From an uncultured Acidimicrobiia bacterium (GTDB lineage: Bacteria > Acidobacteriota > Terriglobia > Versatilivoradales > Versatilivoraceae): a DNA stretch of 64,000 nt. Location of the stretch: positions 448,001-512,000 of the forward strand of contig CAWBAT010000006.1 of NCBI GenBank assembly GCA_963786955.1. Reading direction: 5' to 3'. Below the pieces are notes generated by a model that had not been told where the DNA came from, ran no database searches, and saw only the letters and a program-made list of their open reading frames with translations. The position numbers and the translations under genes are program-made. Positions 20,983-33,047 of this stretch are shown piece by piece. The stretch's first letter is position 1; each line of letters starts with the position of its first letter.

Positions 20983-21157
20983 GTGAAATCCACAGTGCCA
21001 TCAGTGTTCAGAGAAATTCATTCACAAGAATGAGTCATACTCTCCCACAAGAACGAGCCTGCTGCGAAAAGAGTCTATGGTGGCGGGGAGAGAGCCTGGA
21101 GCACCCCCATCAATCTGGATATTTTGAAGCTCGCATATTTCAGCGCGTCAATCTCCC

Positions 21158-22307
21158 ATGATTCATCCGATCTTACCTGGAGCCGCGATTGGAGTCCTTG
21201 GAAGCGGCCAACTCGGCCGAATGTTTGCCATTGCGGCCCGGCGAATGGGTTATCGTGTCCACACCTTCTCACCCGAAAGCGACACCCCAACCGGCCAAGT
21301 CGCCGATTTAGAAATTAATTCCCCCTACTTAGATCTTGACCGGGTGCAGGGATTTCGCACGAGGGGTAAGTGTCGTTACCTTTGAATTTGAAAATGTCCC
21401 TGCGGCCACTGCCCGCGCAGCTGCGGAAATCGTCCCAGTCCGGCCGGCCGGTGAAGTCTTGCACATCACCCAGAATCGATTGCGTGAGAAGCTGTTTCTT
21501 TCTCAGCACGGATTGCCGATAACCCGATTTTCGAGGATTACGTGTTGGGACGATCTCGAAAAAGGCATGAAGGAATTGGGCTTTCCTTCCGTGCTCAAGA
21601 CTGCGGGGTATGGTTATGATGGGAAGGGTCAAGTGAAGCTCTATGATTTTGAACAGGCAAAGCAGGTCTATGCGTCATTGGCTCCGCAGGAACTGGTATT
21701 GGAAGAATTTGTGGATTTTCAGAAGGAAGTCTCGGTCGTGGGGGGCAGAAGTCTCGACAGGAAGTTTGCCCATTGGGGGGTCATCGAAAACACCCATGCC
21801 CATCATATTCTGGACGTCTCCATCGCTCCAGCCATTGTCTCCCCCAAAGTCACGCACCAGGCAATTGAAATTACCCGGACCATCATGGAGGAACTCAACG
21901 TAGTCGGCTTATTATGCGTGGAGTTCTTTTTGACTCAAGGCGAAAAGCTGCTCGTTAATGAAGTTGCCCCGCGCCCCCATAACTCGGGACATCTGACTTT
22001 CGATGCTTGTGTCACCAGCCAGTTTGAGCAACAACTTCGTGCGGTCTGTGGCATTCCATTGGGTTCCACGGAACTCCTCCGCCCGGCCGCCATGGCCAAC
22101 ATTCTTGGCGACCTTTGGGGGAATGGAGAACCTGATTGGGTAGCTGCCTGCTCTTTCCCAGAAGTCAAACTACATCTTTATGGGAAACTGACTCCGAAGA
22201 AAGGCCGCAAGATGGGGCATCTCACCGCGTTGGCAGAATCCCCTCAACACGCCGAAAAAATTGTGCGGAGAGCACGATCGGCTCTCACGGCCATGGCGGC
22301 ATGGTGA
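21158..22307 (+). CDS. purK: N5-CAIR synthase (frameshifted)
   Basis: GSGQLGRM, TFEFENVP, GYDGKGQ, NEVAPRPHNSGH and RKMGH motifs. Confidence 0.95.
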
Positions 22308-22399
22308 CTGTCTGAATTCCCCTCCTGGAGATAAGGTGTGAAGATTCAATTTTGGTTTCTCTGCTTGGGTAAGGAGGGGGCTAGGGGGTGGTCGCTCTG

Positions 22400-22662
22400 G
22401 TAGGGCGTGCACGCCGTGCGCGCCGCCATGCCCAAACTGGAGTCGGCGGTCTCAGCGAGACCGCCCTACCCTACCCCCTGGATTCCCCCTTAACCGAGAG
22501 CAGCGCTCGCAGAGCGACAACGAAACCAATTCATTCAAACATTCAGGGGATCTCTGAAAAAATGGAGCTCTCTGTAGGGAACGGACGCTGTTCCGTTCCT
22601 TGTAGAGGGACAAAACCATTTAAGTCTAGCAGCGGGGAACGCTGCGGCGAGCGCTCCCTACA
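22400..22662. repeat. Two GTAG-type REP-like inverted pairs
   Basis: gtagggcgtgcacgccgtgcgcgcc..ggcggtctcagcgagaccgccctac and gtagggaacggacgctgttccgttcc..ggaacgctgcggcgagcgctccctac; related copies at about 29204, 51775 and 61852. Confidence 0.7.
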
Positions 22663-22703
22663 ACGATGCCTGTACCTACCTCTGACCTCGATTCGCTGAG
22701 GAC

Positions 22704-23099
22704 TTAGCTTCTCAACAAGCCTTTAACCCAAACCATCGCGACAAGCGCTGCCGGTTCCTCGCCACGAATGCATACACAATAATTTCCCCGAGCAAGAAAA
22801 GTGGGATGACATAGAACAAAATCACGAGGAATGTCCACGGGGGATAATGGTAAAAGAAAGTAATTCATCCCAAACGCCCCGCCGTAAGTGCGGCCTTGGG
22901 GAGTGACGACCTGCATTTTCTCGCTACATTGCTTGTAACTCATTCCCCAGGATTTCAATTTTTCTTCTGAATAGGTCTGGTAGGGAATAATTTCGAATTG
23001 CTTCTTGAGATCAACCTTTGCAGCAAACGTCGCAAAAGAGGTACAAATGCCACAATCACCATCAAATAACATGAGGGCTTTCGGGTGCTTGTCATCCAT
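22704..23099 (-). CDS. DCC family thiol-disulfide oxidoreductase (DUF393); C-terminus probably frameshifted
   Basis: N-terminal LFDGDCGIC (DxxCxxC) motif. Confidence 0.8.
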   Translation of the reverse strand: MDDKHPKALMLFDGDCGICTSFATFAAKVDLKKQFEIIPYQTYSEEKLKSWGMSYKQCSEKMQVVTPQGRTYGGAFGMNYFLLPLSPVDIPRDFVLCHPTFLARGNYCVCIRGEEPAALVAMVWVKGLLRS

Positions 23100-23400
23100 G
23101 TGTTTTACGAAAGTATTTCAACCAAGACCCTCGATTCCATATCCGGTTCGGACAAGACTTCTACCAATGCGTTGCAGCCTCTTACCCGGAATCAGTATAA
23201 CAAAGCTGACTCATTAAGGTCATGACACCCCCACTTCCTTTAGAGATCCGGTACAATAACGTTTCTTCTTTGATTCTGTCATTCTGTGGCAGGATTGTAT
23301 TATTTCACTCTGTAAAAGGCAACGAACAGACCATAGACGGCCAATAGAGTGGCTGGACTGAAGAAGGCACGCATAACCGACAGCCAAGGAGGGACTTCAT

Positions 23401-24142
23401 ATGAGACTTCAGAACAAAATCACACTCATTACCGGCGCGGCCCACGGGATAGGTCTTTCCACAGCCATCCGGTTTGCTCAGGAAGGGTCCATTGTCATCT
23501 TGACAGACCTTGAAGGACAGCCGGTGAAAATGCTCAGGCCGAAGTCCGAGAGATCTCTCCTCAAAGCACTTTTGTCTGCATGGACGTGGCGAATCGTGAA
23601 TCGGTTCAATGCCGGGTCAATGAGATTCACGAACGTTTTGGCCGAATCGATATATTAATAAACAATGCAGGAATTATCGCAGACGCGCAGTTTTTGAAGA
23701 TGTCGGAACAGGACTGGGACCGTGTCATCGATGTCAACTTGAAAGGCGTTTTCAACTGTACCCAGGCCGTGGCCCCCTTTATGACAGCCCAAGGTTATGG
23801 CAAAATTGTCAACGCCTCCTCAATTTCCGGAGTCTACGGAAATTTCGGACAAACCAATTATGCCGCAGCCAAAGCTGGGGTGATTGCCATGACAAAGGTC
23901 TGGGCACGAGAACTAGGCCCCAAAGGGGTCCTCGTCAATGCACTGGCACCCGGGATTCATTGAAAGCGAAATGATTGCCGCCGTCCCTACAAAAATCCGC
24001 GAAAGTGTCCTTACATAAAACTCCAATGGGCCGAGTAGGAAGGCCTGAGGAAGTTGCCAATGCCTACCTGTTTCTGGCATCCGATGAATCTAGTTTCATT
24101 AACGGGGCCGTCCTCCAGGTCGATGGAGGACTTGTCTTATAG
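23401..24142 (+). CDS. FabG-like short-chain dehydrogenase (3-oxoacyl/acetoacetyl reductase), frameshifted
   Basis: [27 protein letters not shown] and a final VDGG motif; strong SD aaggagg. Confidence 0.88.
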
Positions 24143-24400
24143 CCGCTTGAGAGCCCTTTTCAGGGAGAATTTGGAATATTGCGGCCGTTTCTGTGATTTG
24201 AAGTTCATCAGTCCCAATTGTGACGGTCGGAGAACACTAATCTGTTCGCGACTCCAAAATCTAAGACCTTCCGGACTTCACACCGGAATCTGAGACTCTG
24301 AATCAGACTCTAAAACTGCCCTCTGCACTCCTAAACTCACAATTTGCGCGGATCTTCCCTTCCAATCACACTTTTCAAACGCTAACATTTTTTACAATAT

Positions 24401-24430
24401 TGTGACACTTTCTTACATAACTGTGACACT
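24401..24430 (+). promoter_or_regulatory. Direct repeat TGTGACACT (21-nt period), candidate regulator site
   Basis: Exact 9-mer at 24401 and 24422 in an AT-rich leader upstream of the TonB-dependent receptor. Confidence 0.4.
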
Positions 24431-24511
24431 CAGTGAATGAAAATCCAGTCTAATCTCCTCCGCGCGTCACTCACATCAATTTCTATAGACAGAGGAAAAG
24501 GTTTATCTCTT

Positions 24512-27500
24512 ATGAGACAAAGATGCTTTCAACTCGTCGTGGAGAAACTCAGTCTTCTTGTAATGTTGTTGAGCCTGCCGATGATTTTGCTCGGCCAGGA
24601 CGCAACGGGAAAGATCGAAGGAGTCCTTAAAGACCCGCAAGGCGCGGTCGTCACTACGGGGATGATCACGGCAAAACACTTACCAACGGGACTGGAAAAG
24701 TCTACCCACCCCGACGGAGATGGACGGTTTGTCTTTAATTTGATGCCGATTGGCCCCTATCGAATTTCCGTGAATGTGGATGGATTCTCCAGCATCGTTC
24801 GTGAGCCCGTCACGCTCAGTGTGAACGCTTCGCTAAACCTTGTGTTTGATCTCAAAGTGGGATCGACGCAGGAGACGATTGAGATCAAGTCGGATACCCA
24901 GCAGGTCGAGCTCGTCTCCAACACGATTGGAAAGGTGACCACTGAAAGAGAGATCCTGGATTTACCTTTGAACGGGAGGAACTTCGCGCAACTCGGGTTG
25001 CTGCAACCCGGCGCGGCTCCGCTGACTCCGGGGCTGGCGCAAGCCGGCGGGGCCTTGCGAGCCGGTCAGATGTACTCCATTAACGGCCTGCGCCCAGAGT
25101 CCAACAATTTCCTGATCGACGGCGGAAGGAACATGAATAACGTCGATTCGGGTTTTGCATTGAAACCTCCTCTTGATTCGATCGCTGAATTCCGGATTTT
25201 AACGGGAGGCGTACCCGCCGAATTCGGTGAAGCGGCGGCTTCAGTGACCAACCTGGTTTCCCGTTCCGGATCCAATTATTTCCACGGAAGCCTCTATGAA
25301 TTCTTCCGGAATGACGTCTTCGATACGCGAAACTTTTATTCCGAAAATACTCCTCCTCTCAAGCAGAACCAGTTTGGCGGAACCATTGGTGGCCCCATTC
25401 AAAAGAATCGCACCTTTTTCTTCGGATATTACGAAGGATTCCGCAACCGTGAGGGAATCACACGAACCACTACCGTACCCACACCCCTCGAGCGCCAAGG
25501 GGATTTTTCACAGTCTGTGGATGAGTCCGGGCAGGTCCCACCATTATTCAACTATCCTCTTCAGACAACCCTATCCCGGGAATAAATTGCCACCGGGTTC
25601 GATCAATCCAACTTCCCAGCAACTGCTTCAATATTTTCCTCAGGGGAACCTGACACCCAGCCTCTACTCGAGCACGCCGGTTGAGGAGAACGATTCTGAC
25701 CAATTTGGGGTCCGAATTGATCACCGATTTTCCAACACCGACGAGCTATTTGGCCGTTACACCTTCTCCCAAGGCTCTGCTTATGAGCCTATTTCGATCG
25801 CCGGGGCAGACGTGCCCGGATTCCCCATCGGAAATAACTTGCGCACTCAAAACTTCCTAGTCGCGGAGACCCACACATTTTCTCCGGTCATCTTGAATTA
25901 TTTCCGCTTTTCATATTTCAGAAACAACTTTGACTTTGATCAGCGCTTTAACCAGACACCCCCGTCTTCCGTGGGATTCAATATCACCCCAACACTGCCT
26001 GATGCGGCAGGGATTCCCTTCATCAACACCGTTGGATTTGCCGCCATCGGCAATCCCATTACAGGGCCGCGTGAGACGCTTCAAAATTCCTATGAAGTCA
26101 ATGATTCCGTTACGTGGATTCATGGCCATCACAATATTAAATTTGGCGGCGAGTATCGGCGGAATCTGGTCAACGTGACGCAAGGGATTGCCAGCAATGG
26201 TTTTTTCGTCATGGCGGGCTTCCCGGTAACCAATCCCTTTGCCAATTTCCTGCTGGGCGCGCCGGTCGTCTTCCTCCAGGGCGGAGGCATACTCCCCCGC
26301 GAATTGAAAAATAATGACTTGGTGTTTTTTGGACAGGACGAGATCAAAGTAAGCTCACGACTCACTCTCAACCTCGGCCTGCGATATCAGATCAACACGC
26401 CTAACATCGAGGCGAACGACCGTCTAGCGGGTTGGGAACCGGGAGTCCAGTCGGTCGTGATGCCCTCAGCTCCAACAAACCTTGTCTATCCAGGTGATCC
26501 AGGGGTTCCACAAGGTCTCATCCCAACCTATTGGAAAGGGTTGTCGCCACGTGTTGGATTCGCCTGGGATCCAACCGGAAGCGGCATGATGAGCGTGCGC
26601 GCATCGTATGGAGTCTTTTTCGAGTCGATTGCTAGTGGCCAGGGGGGGATCATTCAGGCGCCCATAAGTGCCCCGCCCTATTTGCAGACTCCTCAGGTGA
26701 ACAATATATTTCTGTCGCCCTTCGGATTTCCGGCTCCTACTTTCCAGGACCCGTTCCTTGGAAATCCCAACCCATTTCCCCCTGGGCAATTTGTTCCCTC
26801 CCTGACCCACCTGACCCTTGATAGCAACCTTAAGCCGCCTTATGTTCAAAATTGGAATCTGTCCATTCAGCGCTTGTTTGCCCAAAATTATCTTTTTGAA
26901 ATCCGTTATGTCGGAACAAAAGGCACTCGCCTTCCCCGGTTCATTGAAGGGAATCCGGCAATTTATAACCCTAATGGGCCCGATAAGCCCAGTATTGATC
27001 GACGCCGAATCTACGCTGGGTGTATAGAACCGGACGGCCCTTGTGACTTCGCTTCGATAGGCCTGATTTCAGGCTCGACCAACTCCACGTATCATGCGAT
27101 GCAAGTCAGCCTCAATCGCCGTTTCTCGAATGGGTTGTACTTCAATCTCGCCTACACGCTTTCCAAGAGTTTGGACTACGTCTCATCCCTCAATGAGTCT
27201 GGCTCATCCAATAACAACATCGTCGGAGAAAACGACCTTCCCCAAAATCCCTTTGATTGGCGGGCAGAGCACGGAGCTTCATTATTTGACGCACGCCACC
27301 GCTTTGTGGTTAGTGCCTCATGGGAAATCCCTGTGCCCAAGGACCTGTCCAAAGGGGCCCGCGTCCTCTTGGGAAATTGGCAATTGAATGCGATTGGAAA
27401 TTTCAGCAGCGCTACTCCTTTTTCGGTCTATGACAGCACCGACGTCTCCCAGCAGGGTAGCGCGCCGGAGATCACGGGGTTTTCGGCCAACCGTCCAAAC

Positions 27501-27839
27501 CTCGTCAGTGACCCGAACACAGGTCCCAAGACTCCTGATCAATGGTTCAACACGCAGGCATTTCAGCGACTCGACCCGGTCTCGAATGCCGGACAGTTTG
27601 GTAACGAAGGTCGCAACGTCGTTCGGGGCGATGGCTATCAAGTGTTGGATTTGTCGCTCTTGAAGAGTTTTCCCTTCCAGGAGTCCAAACAGATTCAATT
27701 TCGCGCCGAGTGCTTCAACGTTGCCAACCATCCAAATTTCTATGCTCCCCAAACCGACATTGGGTCACCGAATTTTGGAAGAATGTTGCAGGCCGGCCCT
27801 TCCAGAGTCTTTCAATTTGGGCTAAAATTCATATTCTAG
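24512..27839 (+). CDS. TonB-dependent receptor-like outer-membrane protein with a carboxypeptidase-regulatory-like N-terminal domain (indel near 25555)
   Basis: GVLKDPQGAVV, LPLNGRNF, HGSLYEFFRN, NQFGGTIGGPI, PRVGFAWDP and the C-terminal QFGLKFIF. Confidence 0.92.
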
Positions 27840-27962
27840 TGTTGACCGAGGAAACGATCGGGGTAAATGCGCACAGGTCAAGGGGGTACGGCACGTTACA
27901 CTTTGACTTGTTGGTGCATTATCTCTTTTCTTTTTCAATGAGAATGGAATGAGGATTGGCGA

Positions 27963-29176
27963 TTGATAAAGCGATTGCTTTCTGTTTTTCTCACCCTGCT
28001 GACTCTTATTTCCATTGCACTGGTCTTTATCCCTGCGTTCTTAATTCGTCCCTTTGCCGCCCAATCGTATACCGGGTTGCTGCTCTCCTTTCGGCTTCGA
28101 AGCCTAAGCCCCAATCTTACTTTTTGGTTACTGGCGGCTGCATTATTACCGATTCTCTTCCTGTGGATAAAGAGTTCTTCTCGAAGGACCAAGACTCTCT
28201 TGGCATTGGCCGGCACCTTGCTTTTAGCTTCCGCCATCCTCTCCCGGCAAAACCATTTTGAATGGATGTTTCATCCTGCTCCTCCAGCAAAATTCCTGGA
28301 GGCTGCAAAATCATCCCACATCAAAGATTCCGATATGGTGTTAGGCGTCCAGGTTGGGAGCGAATCTCGAGCCTATCCGGTCAGAATGATGGCATATCCA
28401 CCATCTCATCAATGACACTATTCATGGTGTGCCCATCGTTGTGACCTACTGAACGCTCTGCCACACCGGTCTGGTGTGGAAATCGACCGTGGATGGTCAA
28501 ATTTTGCACTTCCGTTTGGCGGGTATTAACAACCAGAATTTCATCATGCAAGATGAAGAAACGGGACTTGGTGGCAGCAAGTGTCCGGAGAAGCGATTTT
28601 AGGTCCACTCAAGGGGAAACGCCTTGAGCCGATTGAGTGGGACGAAGTCAGTTTTGGGTTGTGGAAGCATGAACACCCTCAAGGCGTTGTACTAAAAGAC
28701 GACGAAAAGCAGCGAAAAAATTACGCCACGGAGGATTGGGAAACCCAGATTTTGAAGCGGCCCGTAGTGACCCGCCATAAATCGGATGATCCTTTGAAAC
28801 CCAGGGACCTCGTGTTTGGGGTTGAATGGAACGGGATTGCAAAGGCTTATCCTTTTGAAACCCTCAAAAAACAGAACCCCGTAATGGATACCATTGGGAA
28901 CCTGCCTCTCCTCATTGTCGTGGACATTGATGGGAAATCCCTTCGCTGCTTTGACCGCGGGGTGGATGGCAAACCCTACGATTTCTTCCTGAGGCCAAGC
29001 CAGAATCACTTTGACCCTTTTCGATAGCCAGACGGGGAGTGAGTGGGATTTTTCCGGAACTGCGAGTAAGCGGTGCCATGAAGGGAAAGACTCTGAGGCG
29101 TATTCCGGCACTCAAAGACTTCTGGTTTGACTGGAAAATCTATCATCCACTGACTAAAGTTTATATGGGAACGTAG
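27963..29176 (+). CDS. DUF3179 domain selenoprotein (UxxC) with N-terminal TM helices; several indels
   Basis: Reconstructed RAYP..MAYHHLINDT..VVTY-TGA(28450-28452)-TLCHTGLVW...NFIMQDEETGxWWQQVSGEAILGPLKG; the TGA aligns with the first Cys of the family TYCxLC motif. Confidence 0.85.
28461..28479 (+). promoter_or_regulatory. SECIS-like hairpin of the DUF3179 gene
   Basis: ccacacc-ggtct-ggtgtgg, separated from the TGA by 8 nt; the loop starts with GG. Confidence 0.7.
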
Positions 29177-29400
29177 CGGGCTTTCCGGACCTGCGGCCAT
29201 TCTGTAGGGAACGCTCGCCGTAGCGTTCCCCTTCTTCTGCGGCAAACATTGCAGATTCGTGGTTCATGTGTATTTAAACACCTCATAAAAATCTTGCCAA
29301 AGACACTAACCGGAATTCATATTAAGATCAGGATTAAACCAGAACGTCAGTGAACGCAGACGAGAGGCGCAGGATGACAGCAAATCAAGAGAAGAGTCCG

Positions 29401-30585
29401 ATGGAAAAACAAGGCTGGATACAGATGTTTGGAATCGCCCAGGCCGAGGGCGAGTTGAAAGCGCTATACGAATCAATGAGATCGCATTCCGGGGCTCGAC
29501 CCACCGTTTATGACTCGCCTTCCGGCGACGCAGCCAATATTGTCAAGGCCCACAGTCTTGATCCTGAAGGGCTTCGACTGACTTTTTCTTGCAGTTCCGC
29601 CATCCATTGGAGTCCCTATTCGTTGCCTTGGGAGAAGCGGGAGATGATCAACACGGTCACTTCCGGGGCAAACAATTGTTATTACTGAGTGTCTGCTCAC
29701 GCAGAGTTTCTGCGTGCTGCCACAAACGATGCGTATCTAGCCACTCAGATCAAGTCGGATTTCCGCCACGCCAAATTAAGCGGACAAGATTTCCGGATGC
29801 TGGAGTTCGTTGAGAAATTAAGTCTCTATCCTTGGATGGTGGCAGCAAACGATATCCAGGGGTTGAGAGATGTTGGTTTCAGCGACTTGGAAATTCTCCA
29901 TGTTGTGCTCGGGTGTTCCCATTTCAACTACCTGAATCGAATCGCGGATGGAGTAGGCATTCAATTCGAATACCATACTGATCTGCCTGATTTTGAAAAA
30001 CCTCCAGCCGATTCACCCCAAAAGGAGCCATCTACGCGAGGCGCGTCTTCTCAGCCTCCTTCCCATCTACTATCGGGCCCTTGGATTGACTACCCCCGGA
30101 ATCAAGACCCCTTCTTTGGCCCCGACGAACCAAGGCTCTTCTTTCTGATCATGGGACCCAATCCTGACGCACAGTCTTTGGTCAGAGCTTGGCGGGCCTA
30201 TCAATTGGCACCCAGCCCTTTATTGGACGCCCGCCTTCGTGGCCAATTGGCGCTGTATGTCTCAGGAATTAACTATTGTGAGTATAGCTGTGCCTGGTTC
30301 ATGCAAACCCTCAAATCCTTGGGAGAAAGTGCATCCGCGATGAGTCAACTCTCTTCGGGTCAAAGGCCTGCTCATCTCTCCGACGTGGAGACTTCTCTAT
30401 TCGACTTTGCCGAGCTTTTGACTCAAGAGGCCTGGAAAACGACCGAATCTCATATCGAGAATTTTCGGGCGCACGGTTTGGACGACAGGACTCTGCTGAA
30501 GGTCATGATGCTCGTAAGCTATGTTAACTTCGAAAACCGGGTTGCCCTGGGTCTGGGACTTCCTCCTGAAAGCCCTGCCAAATAA
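29401..30585 (+). CDS. AhpD/carboxymuconolactone-decarboxylase-like selenoprotein (CxxU), tandem-domain
   Basis: ORFs 29350..29688 and 29689..30585 are in one frame, joined by TGA 29686-29688: NNCYY-U-VSAHAEFLR. A second repeat has NYCEYSC. The start may instead be 29374. Confidence 0.88.
29698..29716 (+). promoter_or_regulatory. SECIS-like hairpin of the AhpD-like gene
   Basis: cacgcaga-gtt-tctgcgtg, a perfect 8-bp stem; the apical G is 18 nt after the TGA. Confidence 0.75.
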
Positions 30586-30773
30586 GGAATGAGTTGGGGG
30601 TCTATTTCCAGAAAACAGTTTGATCTCATTAGCTTTGCCCGTCGGCAGGCCATTCAAATGGACCTGTGATTTCTTATAACCTAATCTTAGCTAAAGTTGT
30701 GGTAAGCTAAGGGTTGGCCTAATTATCAGTCTCTTTGGAGACTTGAATAGAATTGAGGAAAGGGAGAACATTC

Positions 30774-31682
30774 ATGAACAGTTTCACAGACGGTAAGCCT
30801 CTGGATCAAGGTCCGGGAGGGGGTGCCCCCGTCGTCATTACGCGCCCAAAAACAACCCCACGTTATGGTTTGTTTGCCGTCCTGGCGGGTCTCGCCCTTC
30901 TAGTTTATATCGTTTATGAATTACAAATGACCAAGTCGCAGCTCAAGGCGTTCCAAACTTCTCAAATGGCAAGATCAGCCGCCTTGGAAGAGAAGCTGGT
31001 CGGCCGCTTGGGTGAAAATGAGAAATCTCTTGATTCGCTTCATGCCGATTTCAAAGTTGTTCAAGACAAATTGGGAGTTACTCAACGTGAACTCGATTCT
31101 GCTCGGGCTATGGCCCAGAGAGTCAGAGCAGACACGGAGCAGACCGTCCAGCAGTTGAACCAACAAATATCTAAGAAAGCCGACTCTCAGCAGCTGAGCG
31201 CCTTCAAAGAAGAGGCTTCCACCAAATTGGGCGCTGTTAACAAAGATGTCACAGCGGTCAAGTCCGATGTTGAGGCTACGCGTAAGGAACTGGAAGGCAC
31301 CCGGCGAGATTTGACCGATGTGAAAGATACCTTGTCGCAACAAATTGCACGCAACCGCGATGAACTCCAGCAATTGAGACTCAAGGGAGAAAGAAATTAT
31401 TATGAGTTCGCAATCGACCAGAAAAAGAAGGTAGTTCTGGTTGGCGATATCCGGGTGATGTTGCTAGACGCCAATCCAAAAAAGAAGACTTATGGAGTCC
31501 GAATTGTTGTCGATGACAGTCAACTGGAAAAGAAGAATCGCAGCGTAAATGAATCCATCCAATTCTTAGTCGGTAAAACAAAACTTCGGTATGAACTAGT
31601 CGTGAACGAGGTAAAGAAGGACAACATTTCCGGTTATCTCAGTGTTCCTAAGGACAAAGCGCTTGGTGCCGAGCGGGGCTAG
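30774..31682 (+). CDS. Hypothetical single-TM coiled-coil protein with a C-terminal beta domain
   Basis: N-terminal hydrophobic helix, long heptad-rich region, GERNYYEF and SGYLSVPK. Confidence 0.8.
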   Translation: MNSFTDGKPLDQGPGGGAPVVITRPKTTPRYGLFAVLAGLALLVYIVYELQMTKSQLKAFQTSQMARSAALEEKLVGRLGENEKSLDSLHADFKVVQDKLGVTQRELDSARAMAQRVRADTEQTVQQLNQQISKKADSQQLSAFKEEASTKLGAVNKDVTAVKSDVEATRKELEGTRRDLTDVKDTLSQQIARNRDELQQLRLKGERNYYEFAIDQKKKVVLVGDIRVMLLDANPKKKTYGVRIVVDDSQLEKKNRSVNESIQFLVGKTKLRYELVVNEVKKDNISGYLSVPKDKALGAERG

Positions 31683-31947
31683 TCCGTAATCTATTTGTAA
31701 CAAGAATGTAAATTCCCTTCTTTGATCACGAATTCGCCATTAACATCCAGGCCGACAACTGATTCCTATGCACCAAATCGCTGTCGACATCATGTCGACA
31801 AATTAGCCTGGACTGAATTACGATTTTGCGTATAATACCTCCCCATGATGGTCCATTCTTTGAGATTTCTTCATTCGACCCGGAAATAACAGTGCCTAGT
31901 GGGCAGGTGAAACGATGAAGAATCGCTTCCTGAGAATATAGCCGTAG

Positions 31948-32974
31948 ATGGGGCAACCGTTTTTCTCTTCGGAGCAGGATAGGACTGGGGATAACTCTTT
32001 CCAGGATTATCTTCCTGCCTGTCATCTTCCTTGCGATCTATTATATTGCCGGAATGGTGACAGCGACCAATCGGATTGCCAAGGTCGATGCCAGCGTCGG
32101 CAGGATGGCGGATCAGATCTTGGCCGAAGTTGGAGAAATGCGGAAGGCTGAGAAGAACTTCATCCTCTTGAAGGATCCCACCTCATTTAGAAAAATCAAA
32201 GAATCAGCCCAGAAAATCATTTCTTTAGCCGAAGATGGACTGATCCTCTCTCCCTCCGAGCGAAACCACTTTTCGCAAATGCGTGAGTCGGTAATGGCAT
32301 ACATGGCACTTCTGGAGAACTTTTCGCAGTCAGGAAACACCCCCCAGCAGGATATGTCCACGTTGAAACGATTTTCTGGAGGGGTCGAAGATTACCAGAA
32401 AAGAATCGATAGCCTTCTGAGCGTCGCCAGAAGATCCAGAACCCAGGAAGAGATTGCGCAGTCGATCGATGAAGTCAGCACAACGGCCATGTCATTTGAC
32501 CAATTTATTATTCAATCGGCCATTGGCTCTGAGCCTTCTCGTCTGAAGCTTCTCTCAGAATTGCAAACCCGGGGCGAAGAAGTCGCCGCTCAGGCCCGTC
32601 TGGTCAATGACAATGGATGGAAGAATGTGGAGGAAGAGAGGGCTCGAACCGAAAGCTTAGGCCACCGCGCAACTCTGCTGATCACGTTGACCTTGATTGT
32701 GACGTTTCTCTTTAGTTTTGCATTGACGTGGTACCTTCCCCGACGCCTGCTTCAACCCGTTCGGGAAATTACCCAAGCGTTGAGGCGGGCTTCGAACGGA
32801 AATTACGACGTATTTCTAAACTTGAACGCTAAAGACGAGTTGGGAGATTTAGTGAAGGAGTTTCACAATTTGGTCCATCACATGAGAGGGAGGGAAAACA
32901 ACAGGAATCAGTTGAACGGGAAATCACACCGCTCTAAAGAGGAAGAGCGCGAAAATTCTTATATTGTATTTTGA
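31948..32974 (+). CDS. Membrane protein with a periplasmic helical domain and a HAMP domain but no output domain (N-terminal indels)
   Basis: Two TM segments; PVREITQALRRASNGNY...DELGDLVKEFHNL HAMP followed by a short tail. Confidence 0.75.
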
Positions 32975-33047
32975 AAAAGCAAGTCGGTCGCAGGAAAGTC
33001 CACAGTCTTCTCCACCCGATAATGATCAAATCCCAGGGATGTACCCT

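Noticed and set aside
23350-23397. tggctg...cagcca pairing just before the SDR Shine-Dalgarno as a riboswitch
   Set aside because: It is only a 6-bp complement and matches no riboswitch consensus I recognise.
23961-23963. TGA in the SDR gene as recoding
   Set aside because: It arises from an extra base in PG-FIES; the downstream coding sequence is in another frame.
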